Shown here in pieces: positions 32,115 through 43,033 of a stretch of DNA of 64,000 bases. Where the stretch lies: assembly GCA_004764695.1 (NCBI GenBank), contig SMSO01000014.1, positions 863,648 to 927,647 of the forward strand, written 5' to 3'. Position 1 is the stretch's first letter. Every line of letters starts with the position of its first letter. The notes under the pieces were generated by a model. That model saw only the letters and a program-made list of their open reading frames with translations. It ran no database searches and was not told where the DNA came from. The DNA comes from Schizochytrium sp. TIO01 (taxonomy: Eukaryota > Protista > Bigyra: Labyrinthulomycetes). The position numbers and the translations under genes were made by a program.

Positions 32115-33698
32115 TCATGCTACAACACGACGTAAGCGAGTAGAGCGCCTTCGGAAATCATCTTCCGCAATATGCTCGACATTACGTTTCTCGCCTGCGC
32201 GACGTTTTTCTTCAGCAGCCTCAGCAGCAGTAGCAACGTTTTTGAGATGCTTCGTACCAGCGCGCGGCTTGGAGCGGTTGCGAGCGCGAGGAGACTTCAA
32301 AGATGATTTTGAAGAGCGAGGTTCACGTTTCACAAGAGCCAATTCTGCCAAATGACTCTGCAGACGATCAAGCAGCTCAGCCTTGGTGCCTTTCGTACCA
32401 AGGCCCGCAGCCAGCAGTCTCGTCTTGAGCTCTACTACGCGCAAACGAGAAAGGTCTTCTTGCTCTGCGCTAGGTTTAACCTCAGACACAGTCGAGGTAG
32501 TTGTATCCGTGTCCGGCTCAGCTTCTGTCTCCTCTTGCTTAATTTCTTCCTTTAACGCATTTTGGGATTTCCCAGCCTCCTCATTATAAATTTGCACGAG
32601 ACCAGCCTTTTTGGTACCCTTCGGAACCTTGACACCAATCTTTGTGAGTTCGGCACGGAGGTCAGCAACAGTTGCAACTTCAGGGTTTTCAAGGGTTAAT
32701 CCTGACGACATAGAATGCTGCTTGTATAGTTCTACCAAAGCAGACTTTTTCCCTTTGGGCTCCACACCAAGCTTGATTAGCTCTGCTCGTAGTTCTGCAA
32801 CTGTGCACTTCTCGGGTGTGCGAAGACGGACCTCTAAGGTCTCTTTTGCACAATGGGAGTTAAACACACGAACTTCAGAGATCAATTCAGTCGGAAGAGC
32901 CTCTGATTCCTTCAACGGTTGACAATGCGGGCAAGCGTAACAAGTGCGGGTATCTACTACCCACGAATTGACTGGAGTCTTGCAGCGTCCACATTTCGAC
33001 TGATTGTAGATGTATCGACGTAGACCAGGTGTTCCTAAGCGTATAGCTTCGTCCTTATCTACAGTCAAAATACTTCCAGTTTGAAAACCGCGCTGAAGAA
33101 GGTCAACGGAGTGTTCCCAAATACGGTCAAATTCTTCACGGGAAAGCACAGATGCCAGGCGGTTTGGATGTACACCAGCCTTAAAAAGGATCTCGGCTCG
33201 GTAAATGTTGCCGACGCCAGCGAACAGGGTTTGGTCCATCAGCAATCTGCCAATGACCTTTTTGCTCTTTTGGATACGAGGCCAAAGACGCTCAGGATCT
33301 GCATCCTCTCGAAGTGGGTCTTCACCAAGAAGTTTCTTCTTATCGTCAAACAGCTGATGGTTGCCAAGCTGCACAATCATCGCTGACAAATGTGTGACAA
33401 TATCATGTTCTTTACTTTCTAAACGCAGACGAGTGTTTACTGTAGGTTCAGGCGCATCAGCATAATCAAATAGCGCCCAGCGCCCACTCATACCAAAGTG
33501 GACGTGTATGACATGGTCACCTTCAAAAAACGCAAAGAGGTTCTTACCAATGGCATCAAGTTTTTGGACCAACTTGCCGTCGATAGCTGTCGCACCATCA
33601 ATAAACTTTCCGTTCGGAGAAAGAGCACGGAATCGTTTGCCTTTGAGAGACTTATTAAACGAATGTACTAGACGGTGAAGGTGATGGCCTTCCACCAT
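32115..33698 (-). CDS. Fpg/Nei-family DNA glycosylase/AP lyase (endonuclease VIII-like) with zinc finger and three SAP-like domains
   Basis: N-terminal MVEGH, GKNLF, HFGMSG, H2TH motif LMDQTLFAGVGNIYRAEILF, zinc finger CGRC...CPHCQ, and SAP-like TVAELRAELIKLGVEPKGKKSALVELY. Confidence 0.93.
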   Translation of the reverse strand: MVEGHHLHRLVHSFNKSLKGKRFRALSPNGKFIDGATAIDGKLVQKLDAIGKNLFAFFEGDHVIHVHFGMSGRWALFDYADAPEPTVNTRLRLESKEHDIVTHLSAMIVQLGNHQLFDDKKKLLGEDPLREDADPERLWPRIQKSKKVIGRLLMDQTLFAGVGNIYRAEILFKAGVHPNRLASVLSREEFDRIWEHSVDLLQRGFQTGSILTVDKDEAIRLGTPGLRRYIYNQSKCGRCKTPVNSWVVDTRTCYACPHCQPLKESEALPTELISEVRVFNSHCAKETLEVRLRTPEKCTVAELRAELIKLGVEPKGKKSALVELYKQHSMSSGLTLENPEVATVADLRAELTKIGVKVPKGTKKAGLVQIYNEEAGKSQNALKEEIKQEETEAEPDTDTTTSTVSEVKPSAEQEDLSRLRVVELKTRLLAAGLGTKGTKAELLDRLQSHLAELALVKREPRSSKSSLKSPRARNRSKPRAGTKHLKNVATAAEAAEEKRRAGEKRNVEHIAEDDFRRRSTRLRRVVA

Positions 33699-34716
33699 TT
33701 TTCTAAGCAGGGTCTACCTTCACAATCGATCGATGAGTACTTTCGCCGTGTTGTGTCGTATCGTGTCGTGAGCACAGCAGGCAAGCCAGCAAGATACTGC
33801 AACAAGGCCGTAGCCCTTCTGCACTATCAGCTGAGAATGTTTTCCGGTTTTACCACAAGCAACCCTACTCTTTGCTTCGCTTAAGCCTTCGGCTTTCCTC
33901 AACCTTTTCCGGGAAGCGTCGGAGCCGAGAGATTACTGATCAGCCGAAAGAATGGTCGCTCAAAATATTCTTTCAATTCGAAGGTTGAATTTGAGAATTA
34001 CCTTCTGGACATCGGCGAGTACTCCGCAAACAATCGAAGATCCGCACCTCCAAAAATTCACTCCCATTGAGAGACCTAGGTAGTAGTAGGACGTTGCGAC
34101 AATGCGCGCGGTCGATGTCTTTGCGCCTCAAAAGGCGAAAGAGTAGTTGAAATTATTATCGTAACAGAACTAGTACAGAACCAAATGAGATTTTATGAAG
34201 AACGAAGCCAGAACCAAAGAAGAACCGAGTGCGCACGGAAGAGGCATGGGCTCTCAACGGCCATTTTTGCAGTGTGAAGTATTTACGGCTGAAAGCAAGG
34301 GCTCTTTGCCTCATTCTTGCAAGCAAAGGGTGACGGAATTTGCATGTAAAAAAAGGTTTCATGACTTACCAGCGGCGAAAACACTGAAAGCTGTGTCCAC
34401 GCAAAGGGATTGCGTGCTTACTTGCCGGTTCCTCGACCTACTTTACAAACTTATTGCAGTTGATGCGCGAATACTCCGCTCCGCGATAACTTTATAGACT
34501 CACATATAATCCTCCAAGCGGCCTTTTGCGTAGCTTACCCAACCTACTTGCAGATCTGTTCAAGCGTCTGTGCATCTAGCCAGTGAGGTGTACCCGTCTA
34601 ACGATTCGAGCACAAGAGGAGGGTCTGGAGTAGGCGGGGCTTTGTGCAGGTAGGCACCTTTGTCTACGCAGCATATTTTTAAAAATCAACCTATATTATT
34701 TTCAAAGCTATTAGAG

Positions 34717-36939
34717 ATGAAACGCACCTCACAAGGCAGTAGCTCTCGCGCAATCGCAACCAGCTCGACGCCTACTACGAGTACAAGCAGTTTAGCTCTA
34801 GCTCAGGCAATTTTTAGTAAGGCCGCCGAGGGTAAACGACTAGCTGAGAAACGTAAACGTCAGCAACGCAAAGAATCAATTGCAGCAAATGCATTCCGAT
34901 TTTCAGCATTGCCTTTTGATATTCAGGAGATGGTTTTGCGCTTCCTGCCAGCGAGTGAAATTGGCATGGCATGCGCAGTCTGCAAATCATGGAATCACAT
35001 TTATCAGGGTGCCGTAGCTTCAATATTTGCTCAGGTTGTAGGTGTAGCCCGTGGAAGAAGCCGCCTTATGCGGCGTGCAGAGCTACAACTCGTTCATCGA
35101 TTGCGAAATACACACGAGAAGGACACTGCTATCGAGACTGCACTTTGGGCGGCCTTCAATGGGTACAATAACTATGTAGTTCGTTTGGTCACTGAAAAAC
35201 GTTGTGTAATTGAGGTCAACACTCAAGGCTCTGACGAATGGGATCTTGCCACTGTACTACATGTTGCTTGTCGCCAGGGCAATTCTAAGCTTGTGCGTTC
35301 ATTGCTTGACCTTGGAGCAAACCCGGCTTGCTTGACAAAGTCTAAGCAAACGCCTCTTATTCTTGCTTGTGAATATGGATATCCTGATATTGTAGAGCTT
35401 CTCTTGAGAAAATGTGGAAGAGATTTGAACGTCAACAATCAAGATAGCTCAGGCCGTACTGCACTTTTCGTTGCTTGCGATAAAGGTCATGTAGAGATTG
35501 TCGAACGCCTTGTAGACTGGGGAGAGATGATCCAGCAAGAGACTGGCGAAGAGATACCAATTCTAGACTTAAATCTTGGTACACTTGAGCGAGGTAGCCC
35601 GCTATGTACAGCATGTCGAACAGGGCAATCTAGAATCGTGCGAAGGCTGTTAGATGCCCAGGTCAACGTAAATTCGACAACGGAGGATGGTCGTACAGCA
35701 TTTTATTGTGCCGTGGAACGAGGAGCTCTTAACACAACAAAGTTGCTGCTTGAAAAACGCCCGCCTATCACAAACTCTCAAATGATGGAACTTTTGTTTG
35801 AAGCAAGGCCACGAGATGGCAGGGACGCAGCAGCAGCTGCGGCCGAGACTGAAACTGAGGTACCCAATATGCATCCTGGGCGTGCAGGTGTTCTGATTGA
35901 CTTTGCTTCTAACACGGGCAAGACACCTGCCTTTGTTGCCGCTGAAAGAGGTAATACTGCTCTTCTTCAAGTGCTAATGGATGGTGAAGCTGACACAAAT
36001 AAGCCTACATTTCTAAATAAAACACCTCTATATGCGGCTACAGAGAATGGTCACACTCATGTTGTGAAAATGCTTCTTACAGCTTGCACACGAGAACAAG
36101 TTTTACACCAGACTAACTTTGGCACTACAGCACCTTTTATGGCCCAACGTAATGGTTTCATGGCTATTAAACGATTACTTGATGAGTTTTGTGCTGACCA
36201 ACTAACCACAGAGAAGGCCCGAAAGCGCAAGTCCAAGAAGAAACAGAAGACAGCCATGGATCGACTTCAAAATAGAAAAGATAAGCCTGGACCCTCTGCA
36301 CAACGTCCAGCAAACACGTCATCCTTTGCCTCGAGTGCCTCGCTAAAAATTGCAGAAATGAGTGAAACTGCAGAAGGTCGAGACCGAGATGTCACAAAAT
36401 CCAAGGCGGCAATAGACGCCATAGTCCAAGGCTTGGACAATCTGGAAATAGCAGTTGATATAGCTTTCTCTCGTCAGCAACACGGCCTTCCTCGCGAAGG
36501 GGTTCAGGAGACTACATATGGAGCTGATCAAGAAGAGAAATCCAAAGACTCTAGCTCAACCCGCGATAGTCGTACGAAGGAAACACATCCTGCATCAATT
36601 GAAGTTGAGGTTCCGGAGTCTCAGGATGAGGATGAAGAACAGTATGAACAAGAGAAATCAGCTATTGAATCGGAACGAAGTGCTCAATGTGATCATCGCA
36701 AATCTGCTATGGAGAATATTAAAAAACGCAAATCGTATGAGAACACTGATGCTTGCTCTCCAAGTGTAACAATTTCACAAAATCAAGGGGAATTCGACTC
36801 TCCGGTCGGTTCAAGCACTCCTCAGCGGCAAGTCCCTAGAAAAGAAAAAGATTTAATTGCTGCTCGAAATTGGTCAAAGAGTAACATCCGCTCTGACGAA
36901 TTAGACTCTGAGGATGCTCGAAGTGGGTTTAGATTGTAA
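34717..36939 (+). CDS. F-box + ankyrin repeat protein; probably continues into the EF-hand ORF after a frameshift
   Basis: F-box FSALPFDIQEMVLRFLPASEIGMACAVCKSW. Ankyrin repeats TVLHVAC, TPLILAC, GRTALFVAC, GKTPAFVAA and KTPLYAA. First in-frame ATG at 34717. Confidence 0.9.
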   Translation: MKRTSQGSSSRAIATSSTPTTSTSSLALAQAIFSKAAEGKRLAEKRKRQQRKESIAANAFRFSALPFDIQEMVLRFLPASEIGMACAVCKSWNHIYQGAVASIFAQVVGVARGRSRLMRRAELQLVHRLRNTHEKDTAIETALWAAFNGYNNYVVRLVTEKRCVIEVNTQGSDEWDLATVLHVACRQGNSKLVRSLLDLGANPACLTKSKQTPLILACEYGYPDIVELLLRKCGRDLNVNNQDSSGRTALFVACDKGHVEIVERLVDWGEMIQQETGEEIPILDLNLGTLERGSPLCTACRTGQSRIVRRLLDAQVNVNSTTEDGRTAFYCAVERGALNTTKLLLEKRPPITNSQMMELLFEARPRDGRDAAAAAAETETEVPNMHPGRAGVLIDFASNTGKTPAFVAAERGNTALLQVLMDGEADTNKPTFLNKTPLYAATENGHTHVVKMLLTACTREQVLHQTNFGTTAPFMAQRNGFMAIKRLLDEFCADQLTTEKARKRKSKKKQKTAMDRLQNRKDKPGPSAQRPANTSSFASSASLKIAEMSETAEGRDRDVTKSKAAIDAIVQGLDNLEIAVDIAFSRQQHGLPREGVQETTYGADQEEKSKDSSSTRDSRTKETHPASIEVEVPESQDEDEEQYEQEKSAIESERSAQCDHRKSAMENIKKRKSYENTDACSPSVTISQNQGEFDSPVGSSTPQRQVPRKEKDLIAARNWSKSNIRSDELDSEDARSGFRL

Positions 36940-37537
36940 ACCGATGGCTGCTTCGTCAGGGTTTAAAACAGCGAGATCTGTAGCATCAACAGGTTCGAAT
37001 AGTATAAAAACAGAGTTTTTAGCACCAGCTCGCTCCCTCGACTATGTGCGCTCCTCATTACTAGCATTTTCATCAGCCACCTCCAGCAGCAAAATGACCG
37101 ATGAGATCTATGCCAAGACGTTCGGGGACTCAACCTCAACAAAAGACATCTACCAGATATATCAGTCAATGAAGGCAAGTAAGGACTTTGCGAATGCATG
37201 GGACCTTTTCGTTGCCATGACATTGCTGACGCAGACCCCTGCGGACGAGAAGTTAGACTTCTGTTTCAGTCTTTTTGATGTTAAAGCAAAAGGGCATGTG
37301 GAACTTTCAGTAGCGCGAACAATGCTTCGTTGCTGCTGTAAATCAATCTCCCGTCTACAGGATGCTGATGCAAGTCTGCAAACAAAGGAAGACTTTCAAG
37401 AAGCTGCATCTGATCTAGCGGGATTTGATTTACAAGGCACACGCTTTGAGGCTGACTCAGTTGATAGACTTCAGTTTATTGGCTGGGCACAAAGATCAAA
37501 ACAAGGAAAGCAGATCTTTGCTGACTTTTTAAAATAA
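36914..37537 (+). CDS. EF-hand-like (calcineurin B/recoverin-type) region, likely the C-terminus of the F-box/ankyrin protein
   Basis: DEKLDFCFSLFDVKAKGHVE and a terminal VDRLQFIGW. Overlaps the upstream stop codon, leaving no room for its own promoter. Confidence 0.7.
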   Translation: MLEVGLDCKPMAASSGFKTARSVASTGSNSIKTEFLAPARSLDYVRSSLLAFSSATSSSKMTDEIYAKTFGDSTSTKDIYQIYQSMKASKDFANAWDLFVAMTLLTQTPADEKLDFCFSLFDVKAKGHVELSVARTMLRCCCKSISRLQDADASLQTKEDFQEAASDLAGFDLQGTRFEADSVDRLQFIGWAQRSKQGKQIFADFLK

Positions 37538-37886
37538 GTAGTACATGGCACACTTATTAGATCAGGCGAACCAAACCCCATACTTTGGTAAAACGTTTTT
37601 TATAAATGATAGATTGAGGCACACAATCAGCTTTGAAATTCTTTTGTAAAACAACAAACTTAAACATTTTGTGACTGGATCTTTCAATAAGCAATATAGT
37701 GTTCATCTTGATCTACATGAAAGTAATCATTACGAAGTAAACAACTAATAGGACTACTTCACAAGAAACTGCAGAGGTGAGGCAATGGGATCTGGTGCAA
37801 TTTGCGTAATGTAACTTTTCAAATGTAAAGGAGTTTTAATTTTATGTACAAAATCAAAGGAACTAAAACTTGAAAATCATTTTTTA

Positions 37887-39830
37887 TTATGCCGTCGCCT
37901 GGTCCTGCTGTTGGTTCTTTTGTTGAGCAAACATCTTCTCGAAGTATGCAGCACGGGCCTCGCGATCTGCACGTGGGCCACCCCCTGCCCCTGCTGCAGG
38001 TGCTGCTGTAGGCTTACCCTTTGTTGCTCGTGCTGCTTGCTTGGGCTCTGATGCAGCTCCTAAACGCTGACCAGTCCCCACTTCTTCCCGAGAGCCAATC
38101 CCACGTTCTCCTTGGGCCATTTTCCCATGCAAGGCTTCCAAAAATTTGACATCTTTCTCAAGTCGTTTTTGACGTGCAATTTCTGCTGCGACAGCCTTTG
38201 AGTTGCCATTGTTTTGGGCTTGCTTGCGTTGCTTTGGTGCAGTCTGCTTCGCTTTTTCATCACCCTGGTTTGGTCCCGGCGGTGCACGTGGGGAGTTCTT
38301 CCGGACTTCTTCGCGCAGACGCTCCACCATTCCAGGTTTTGGCTTGGCAGCGTTGGCTAGATGTTTTTGTCCAGAATCAGCTTTAGAGCTGCGATCCTTT
38401 TCAATAGCTGCATCTGTCTTTTCAGGTTTTGCAGCTTTATTAATTTGGCCCTTCTTTGCACCAGCCACATCTTTGACGGTCGCCTGTTTTGATTTTCCAT
38501 CCGAATTCTTTGGTTGCACTTCTTCATCGGTCTCAGGTGTAGCCGGAGCTTTTTCTTGCTTCGCTTTTTGCTTCGTGGATTTTGATTGTGTCTCACTTTG
38601 ACTTTCTCCACTGACATGCGCCTTAGAAGGTTTCTTCTCAACAGAGATTCCCTCAGCTTCATGAACTTTCGCTAAAGGTGGATTCTTGGTGAGCTTACTA
38701 GGTCGAACAAAGACGCCATGCTCAGATTCGCATTTGAAATACCTGTGATTTTCAATGCTTCCATCATTATGCCCTTTGCCTTCCGGGAGCTCTAAGCCCA
38801 CCCAGTATCCGGGATATAATTCCCCAACACGGCCTACATAGCGGACAATTCCCCTTCGGCCGTCCTCCATGTATGCAGTCTCACCATCACGAAACATGGA
38901 TGCCTCTTTGGTCTCATAAAAGTCATCCTTTTTGTTCTTCATCTTTAGCACGCGGCGGATGGCTTCCTTGATAAGCTCAGTGTTATCTTGTTTGGGCTTC
39001 TCCAAGACTGGCTTGGACTTACGTACAAGCATTTTAGGTTTATTAACTGTTGTCTTACACTTCGGAATATGCTTTTCAGCAGTCTCCAGCTTAAAAGAGC
39101 GCATACAGTGCTGACAACGTTTCATTCCTTCCGGTACAGGAGCGTCTTCGGGCTTATCGTAGCCCCTTTGAGCAGTCCCCGTCTCCAGCATCCCTTGAAG
39201 ATCTGCACCATTACTTGGAAGCTCTGAAAGTGGGATGCCGGACTCTTGGAATACCTTGACAAGGCGACCCTGCTCGACAATGCCCTTAAGTCTTTCATGA
39301 TCATTTCTCCACCTGGATGGCGCATCGTCAACCTGACGGCGAGTTGAAGGATCAATGTATTGCTCGAACTCAGTACCTTCAAGACGAGATTGGCTTGCGG
39401 ACTTGAATTGTTTGCGTCTCTTCCGCTCAGAATTTGTGGCACAAATCTGTTCGTGCTTGGCAATGCGGTCCGGATTGAATTTGCGTTGGCAAAATCCACA
39501 CTCTTCACGGTAGTCCTCTTCATCTGACGAAGACTCTGACTCCGAGTCCGACTCACCATCTTCATTCGGTGACTTCTTTGCAACGTCTGCTGCTGGCTTG
39601 ATAGCACGTTCCTTCTGTACACGAGGCTTGGCAACTCGTTGTGTGCGCACTACTTTACATTCAGAAAAATGTTTCTCATACTCATCATTGCTGACCTTCC
39701 GCAAGCATTTTTTGCACTCCGTAAAGGCCGCCTGGTATTTTTTCTCGCATTGTTTACGGTGAATGGGTAACGATCTCTTGAAGAATTTCTGGCCACAAAG
39801 GTCGCACAAGATCGCTTGCGGAGGCGGCAT
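37887..39830 (-). CDS. C2HC zinc finger (ZC2HC1-like) + CAP-Gly domain protein
   Basis: CDLCGQKF..HRKQC, CKKC..HFSEC, CGFCQRKFNPDRIAKHEQIC and CQHCMRSF..HIPKC. CAP-Gly WVGLEL..GKGHNDGSIENHRYFKC..HGVFVRP. Confidence 0.9.
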   Translation of the reverse strand: MPPPQAILCDLCGQKFFKRSLPIHRKQCEKKYQAAFTECKKCLRKVSNDEYEKHFSECKVVRTQRVAKPRVQKERAIKPAADVAKKSPNEDGESDSESESSSDEEDYREECGFCQRKFNPDRIAKHEQICATNSERKRRKQFKSASQSRLEGTEFEQYIDPSTRRQVDDAPSRWRNDHERLKGIVEQGRLVKVFQESGIPLSELPSNGADLQGMLETGTAQRGYDKPEDAPVPEGMKRCQHCMRSFKLETAEKHIPKCKTTVNKPKMLVRKSKPVLEKPKQDNTELIKEAIRRVLKMKNKKDDFYETKEASMFRDGETAYMEDGRRGIVRYVGRVGELYPGYWVGLELPEGKGHNDGSIENHRYFKCESEHGVFVRPSKLTKNPPLAKVHEAEGISVEKKPSKAHVSGESQSETQSKSTKQKAKQEKAPATPETDEEVQPKNSDGKSKQATVKDVAGAKKGQINKAAKPEKTDAAIEKDRSSKADSGQKHLANAAKPKPGMVERLREEVRKNSPRAPPGPNQGDEKAKQTAPKQRKQAQNNGNSKAVAAEIARQKRLEKDVKFLEALHGKMAQGERGIGSREEVGTGQRLGAASEPKQAARATKGKPTAAPAAGAGGGPRADREARAAYFEKMFAQQKNQQQDQATA

Positions 39831-40728
39831 TTCGGAGAAGGTTCTTCTTCACCTCGCAACACGCCTCAGACTCGGGTGCAAATCCACTCCTTTAGGAGTA
39901 TGCTTCAGCACCGTTTTCGGACTTAGTTAAGGAATTCCCCAAATCGATTTTATGCAACCCTCCCTTTTCAACAAGCAAAAGCTTTTCTGCCAAGGCCCAC
40001 CCCACATATATATGTTCGCTGATGTTATATATTCCCAGAGACCCTGGAAAGTCTTCTCTAGCTTAAGCACCTACTAAGTTGTAACTCCCTCAATCCTTAA
40101 GTTGAATCCTCTCGTGATTATTTATCGTAGACAGCGCCCAAAAGAATGCAAATGAACAGCAATAAAGAGAACTCTATCCCTCTAATTTTCCTTGATTCTA
40201 CGTTCAAGACAAAGCTAGCCGTTAACAGGCCCCGTATTCCCTGCCAGCTCCGTGCGAGTTGCACTCATGTCTCTCCGCGTTCCTTTTCGTTCTTTCGTTC
40301 TTTTCGTTCTTAGGGTTCTTTTCCAAATGTAATCTAAGCTTTTTATGTATAAATAGACCGAAGTGGGTAGGTAGGGCGGGCTGTTCTGTTCTATTCTATT
40401 CTTAGCGCAGTAGAAACAAATAGAGTATAGAATTGAGTTGACAGTGAGGTATATGGGGAATAAATACTTTAAAGTACAAGTTGCAAGATGGATATAACCT
40501 TCATAAGTGGGTATAGGCACGAATGAAGTGAACATGCGGATTTAGTTTGAGTGATTACTTTTCTTCAGCGACGCAGACCCTGATCTTGGAGCTCTTATAA
40601 GCCACAAGAGTCCGTCGTAGCGGACTTTGTTGTGCGTGTGCTTCCTGATTACCCATCAAGACGTGTGCTTTGGGGTAGGCTAGTCTTCGTGAGCGGGGCT
40701 TGCTCCGGTCCTTCTTTTATTTGGCAAG

Positions 40729-41838
40729 ATGGCGGAGACATCAGGGCTCTCTGCGCCCAACTGGAATAGGAATAGTCCGTCAATCCGCAGGATCCTGGCG
40801 GATGTGCGCGAGTTGCAGCGGGACCCGAGTGACCAATATGCAGCCCGTCCTCTTGATGATAATATGTTTGACTGGCATTTTGTTATTCGAGGTCCCGTTG
40901 GTACAGATTTTGAAGGCGGAGTGTATCACGGTCGAATTATCCTTCCAAATGATTATCCCTTCAAGCCACCGAGTATCATGATTCTCACTGAGAATGGGCG
41001 TTGGGAGGTCAACACAAAGATCTGCTTGTCAATCTCGGCGTATCATCCAGAGGATTGGCAACCTGCATGGGGAATTCGTACCATTTTGGAGGCTCTCATC
41101 AGCTTTATGACGACACCTGGGGAAGGTGCTGTAGGAGCTCTAGATTACTCGTCCCAGGAGCGTCAGCGCCTTGCAACTGAATCGCAATCTTACACGCACC
41201 CACTCATGCCTGTGCTACCACCCTTGTCTTCAGAACCGCGCACCGGGCCAAATAAATACCAGGACGAAATTGCGAAGATGCACATTGTTAGTCTCGAAAA
41301 CTCTAGCAAAAACGGCACACAATCACCCGACACTTCCAACCCTACTTTGGAATCTACTGAAAGTTCTACATCTTTAGAGCCTACAGATGCGCAAAATGGA
41401 TCAGTAGTGGATTCTGCGATAATTTCTGAAGTCGCGCAGGAAAGTGCAATGCCTGTTGCAGCACCTGATGCTACACGTCAAGATAGGCCGCTCGGCCTGG
41501 CTACGCGCCATTCTAGCGCGCAAGAGTCAGAACCTGCTCAAACATACCAATCTGACCACGGTGGGCCCACTTCTGGTGCAGGTGAAACGCCAGTCAGTGA
41601 TCAGGAAGGAAGAGGAGTTCGCCGCCGCGGTGCTCCAGAAGCAAACTCTACTGGTGGCGCTGCTGCTGCTGCTATACAATCAGGCCAGGTTGGTACCAAT
41701 AGAACTCGCACAGGCGTTAATGAAACTGGAGATGAACCCCATACCGATTGGCTGTTATATTACGCCATTGCGCTCGCTGTGGTTATCTTTGTCATTTTGT
41801 ACAGAAAAGCACTCCTTGCATTCCGTGAACAATTCTAA
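40729..41838 (+). CDS. UBE2J1: Tail-anchored ER ubiquitin-conjugating enzyme E2, UBE2J1/Ubc6 family
   Basis: WHFVIRGP..FEGGVYHGRI..YPFKPPSI..TENGRW..KICLSISAYHPEDWQPAWGIRT, plus a C-terminal TM helix. Confidence 0.93.
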   Translation: MAETSGLSAPNWNRNSPSIRRILADVRELQRDPSDQYAARPLDDNMFDWHFVIRGPVGTDFEGGVYHGRIILPNDYPFKPPSIMILTENGRWEVNTKICLSISAYHPEDWQPAWGIRTILEALISFMTTPGEGAVGALDYSSQERQRLATESQSYTHPLMPVLPPLSSEPRTGPNKYQDEIAKMHIVSLENSSKNGTQSPDTSNPTLESTESSTSLEPTDAQNGSVVDSAIISEVAQESAMPVAAPDATRQDRPLGLATRHSSAQESEPAQTYQSDHGGPTSGAGETPVSDQEGRGVRRRGAPEANSTGGAAAAAIQSGQVGTNRTRTGVNETGDEPHTDWLLYYAIALAVVIFVILYRKALLAFREQF

Positions 41839-43033
41839 CATCTTATTGCTATAATATCTCTTTTTCTTTCCTTTTGGCCGTAAAGCTCATGTAGGGTAAT
41901 ATCAGTTGATTTCTGTATTCAAAAGTTTCAATGTGTAGAGAGTGACCTGGGAATGGTCCTTACCTTAAACTTCATTGTCATCTCACTTTCTGTACAAGCT
42001 TATTCCAGCATGATCTTACGGATAGTCGCAACAAATCAAAGATGTAAAGAGAAATAAGTATGTCTAATACCGGGAGTCGGTATTCTAGCAGGCAGTTTCG
42101 GTCAAATTTCTTATTTAAACTTAATTTCTACATAGTCACATTAAAAAAATAGTTGTCACTGTATACCTGATCTGACAGTCTAGCGTTCATCTAAATAAGT
42201 CTACGCTCTGAAATAAAGTTGCAAAGCCGTCGAAGGGCTTCTAATAGAATTTAAATCAGGTTGAAAAATAAACTGCGACGTATAAAGTATCTTTTTTTCT
42301 TTTATCTTTTTTTCTTTCAGAAAAAATCGCTTGCACCAATTGTACTTTGGCAGTCCTGTTTTCCTTCAAATAGTAATACTATCCCATCTTCAGCGAAATA
42401 TATGCTCTCAGCTTTGTGGTTTGAGCCTAAGTTTGCCCATGAGTATGAGTATAGTAACATGTCAGTAGAGTTGAAGATATTTTCGTATTGTGCAAATAGA
42501 ATGCAGAGACAAGCTGATTGAAAAGAAATTGAGATTAATTATCGCCCATCTATAATGGACTATCACAGCTGAAAATCATAATATTATCTATATAAAAAAA
42601 TATGCGCCCGACAAAACGTCAAAACGGTAGGCGCCTGCACTGCGGCTCCCGGAAGAGGCCACGAGTGATTTGCTCAACTTTGTACCCACGGGAGGTAGAC
42701 GCACGGTGCGTAGAGGACTTGTTTCTCGGTGAGGTTACATAGTCAACGTGGAAAGGTGGTGCACATCTAGCTGACACAACTTTGCGCCCTTCCAGTAGCT
42801 AGTTTCTTGCACAGCCAACCTATTAGGTGAGACTGTGCGAGTTTACCCGCACATACACACAAGCTCACTGAGGTGTTGTTGATGTTGCACTGAAGATATT
42901 TACCTGAAAACGGCGAAGTCTTTATCAAGTTTGAGACTGACAACCTCATCACATTACATCACTCCTTCTTGGCGGCTATTGGTTTAGAAAACATAAGAAA
43001 GACCTTCCATTTGCATCACGTGAAGAGAAGGCG

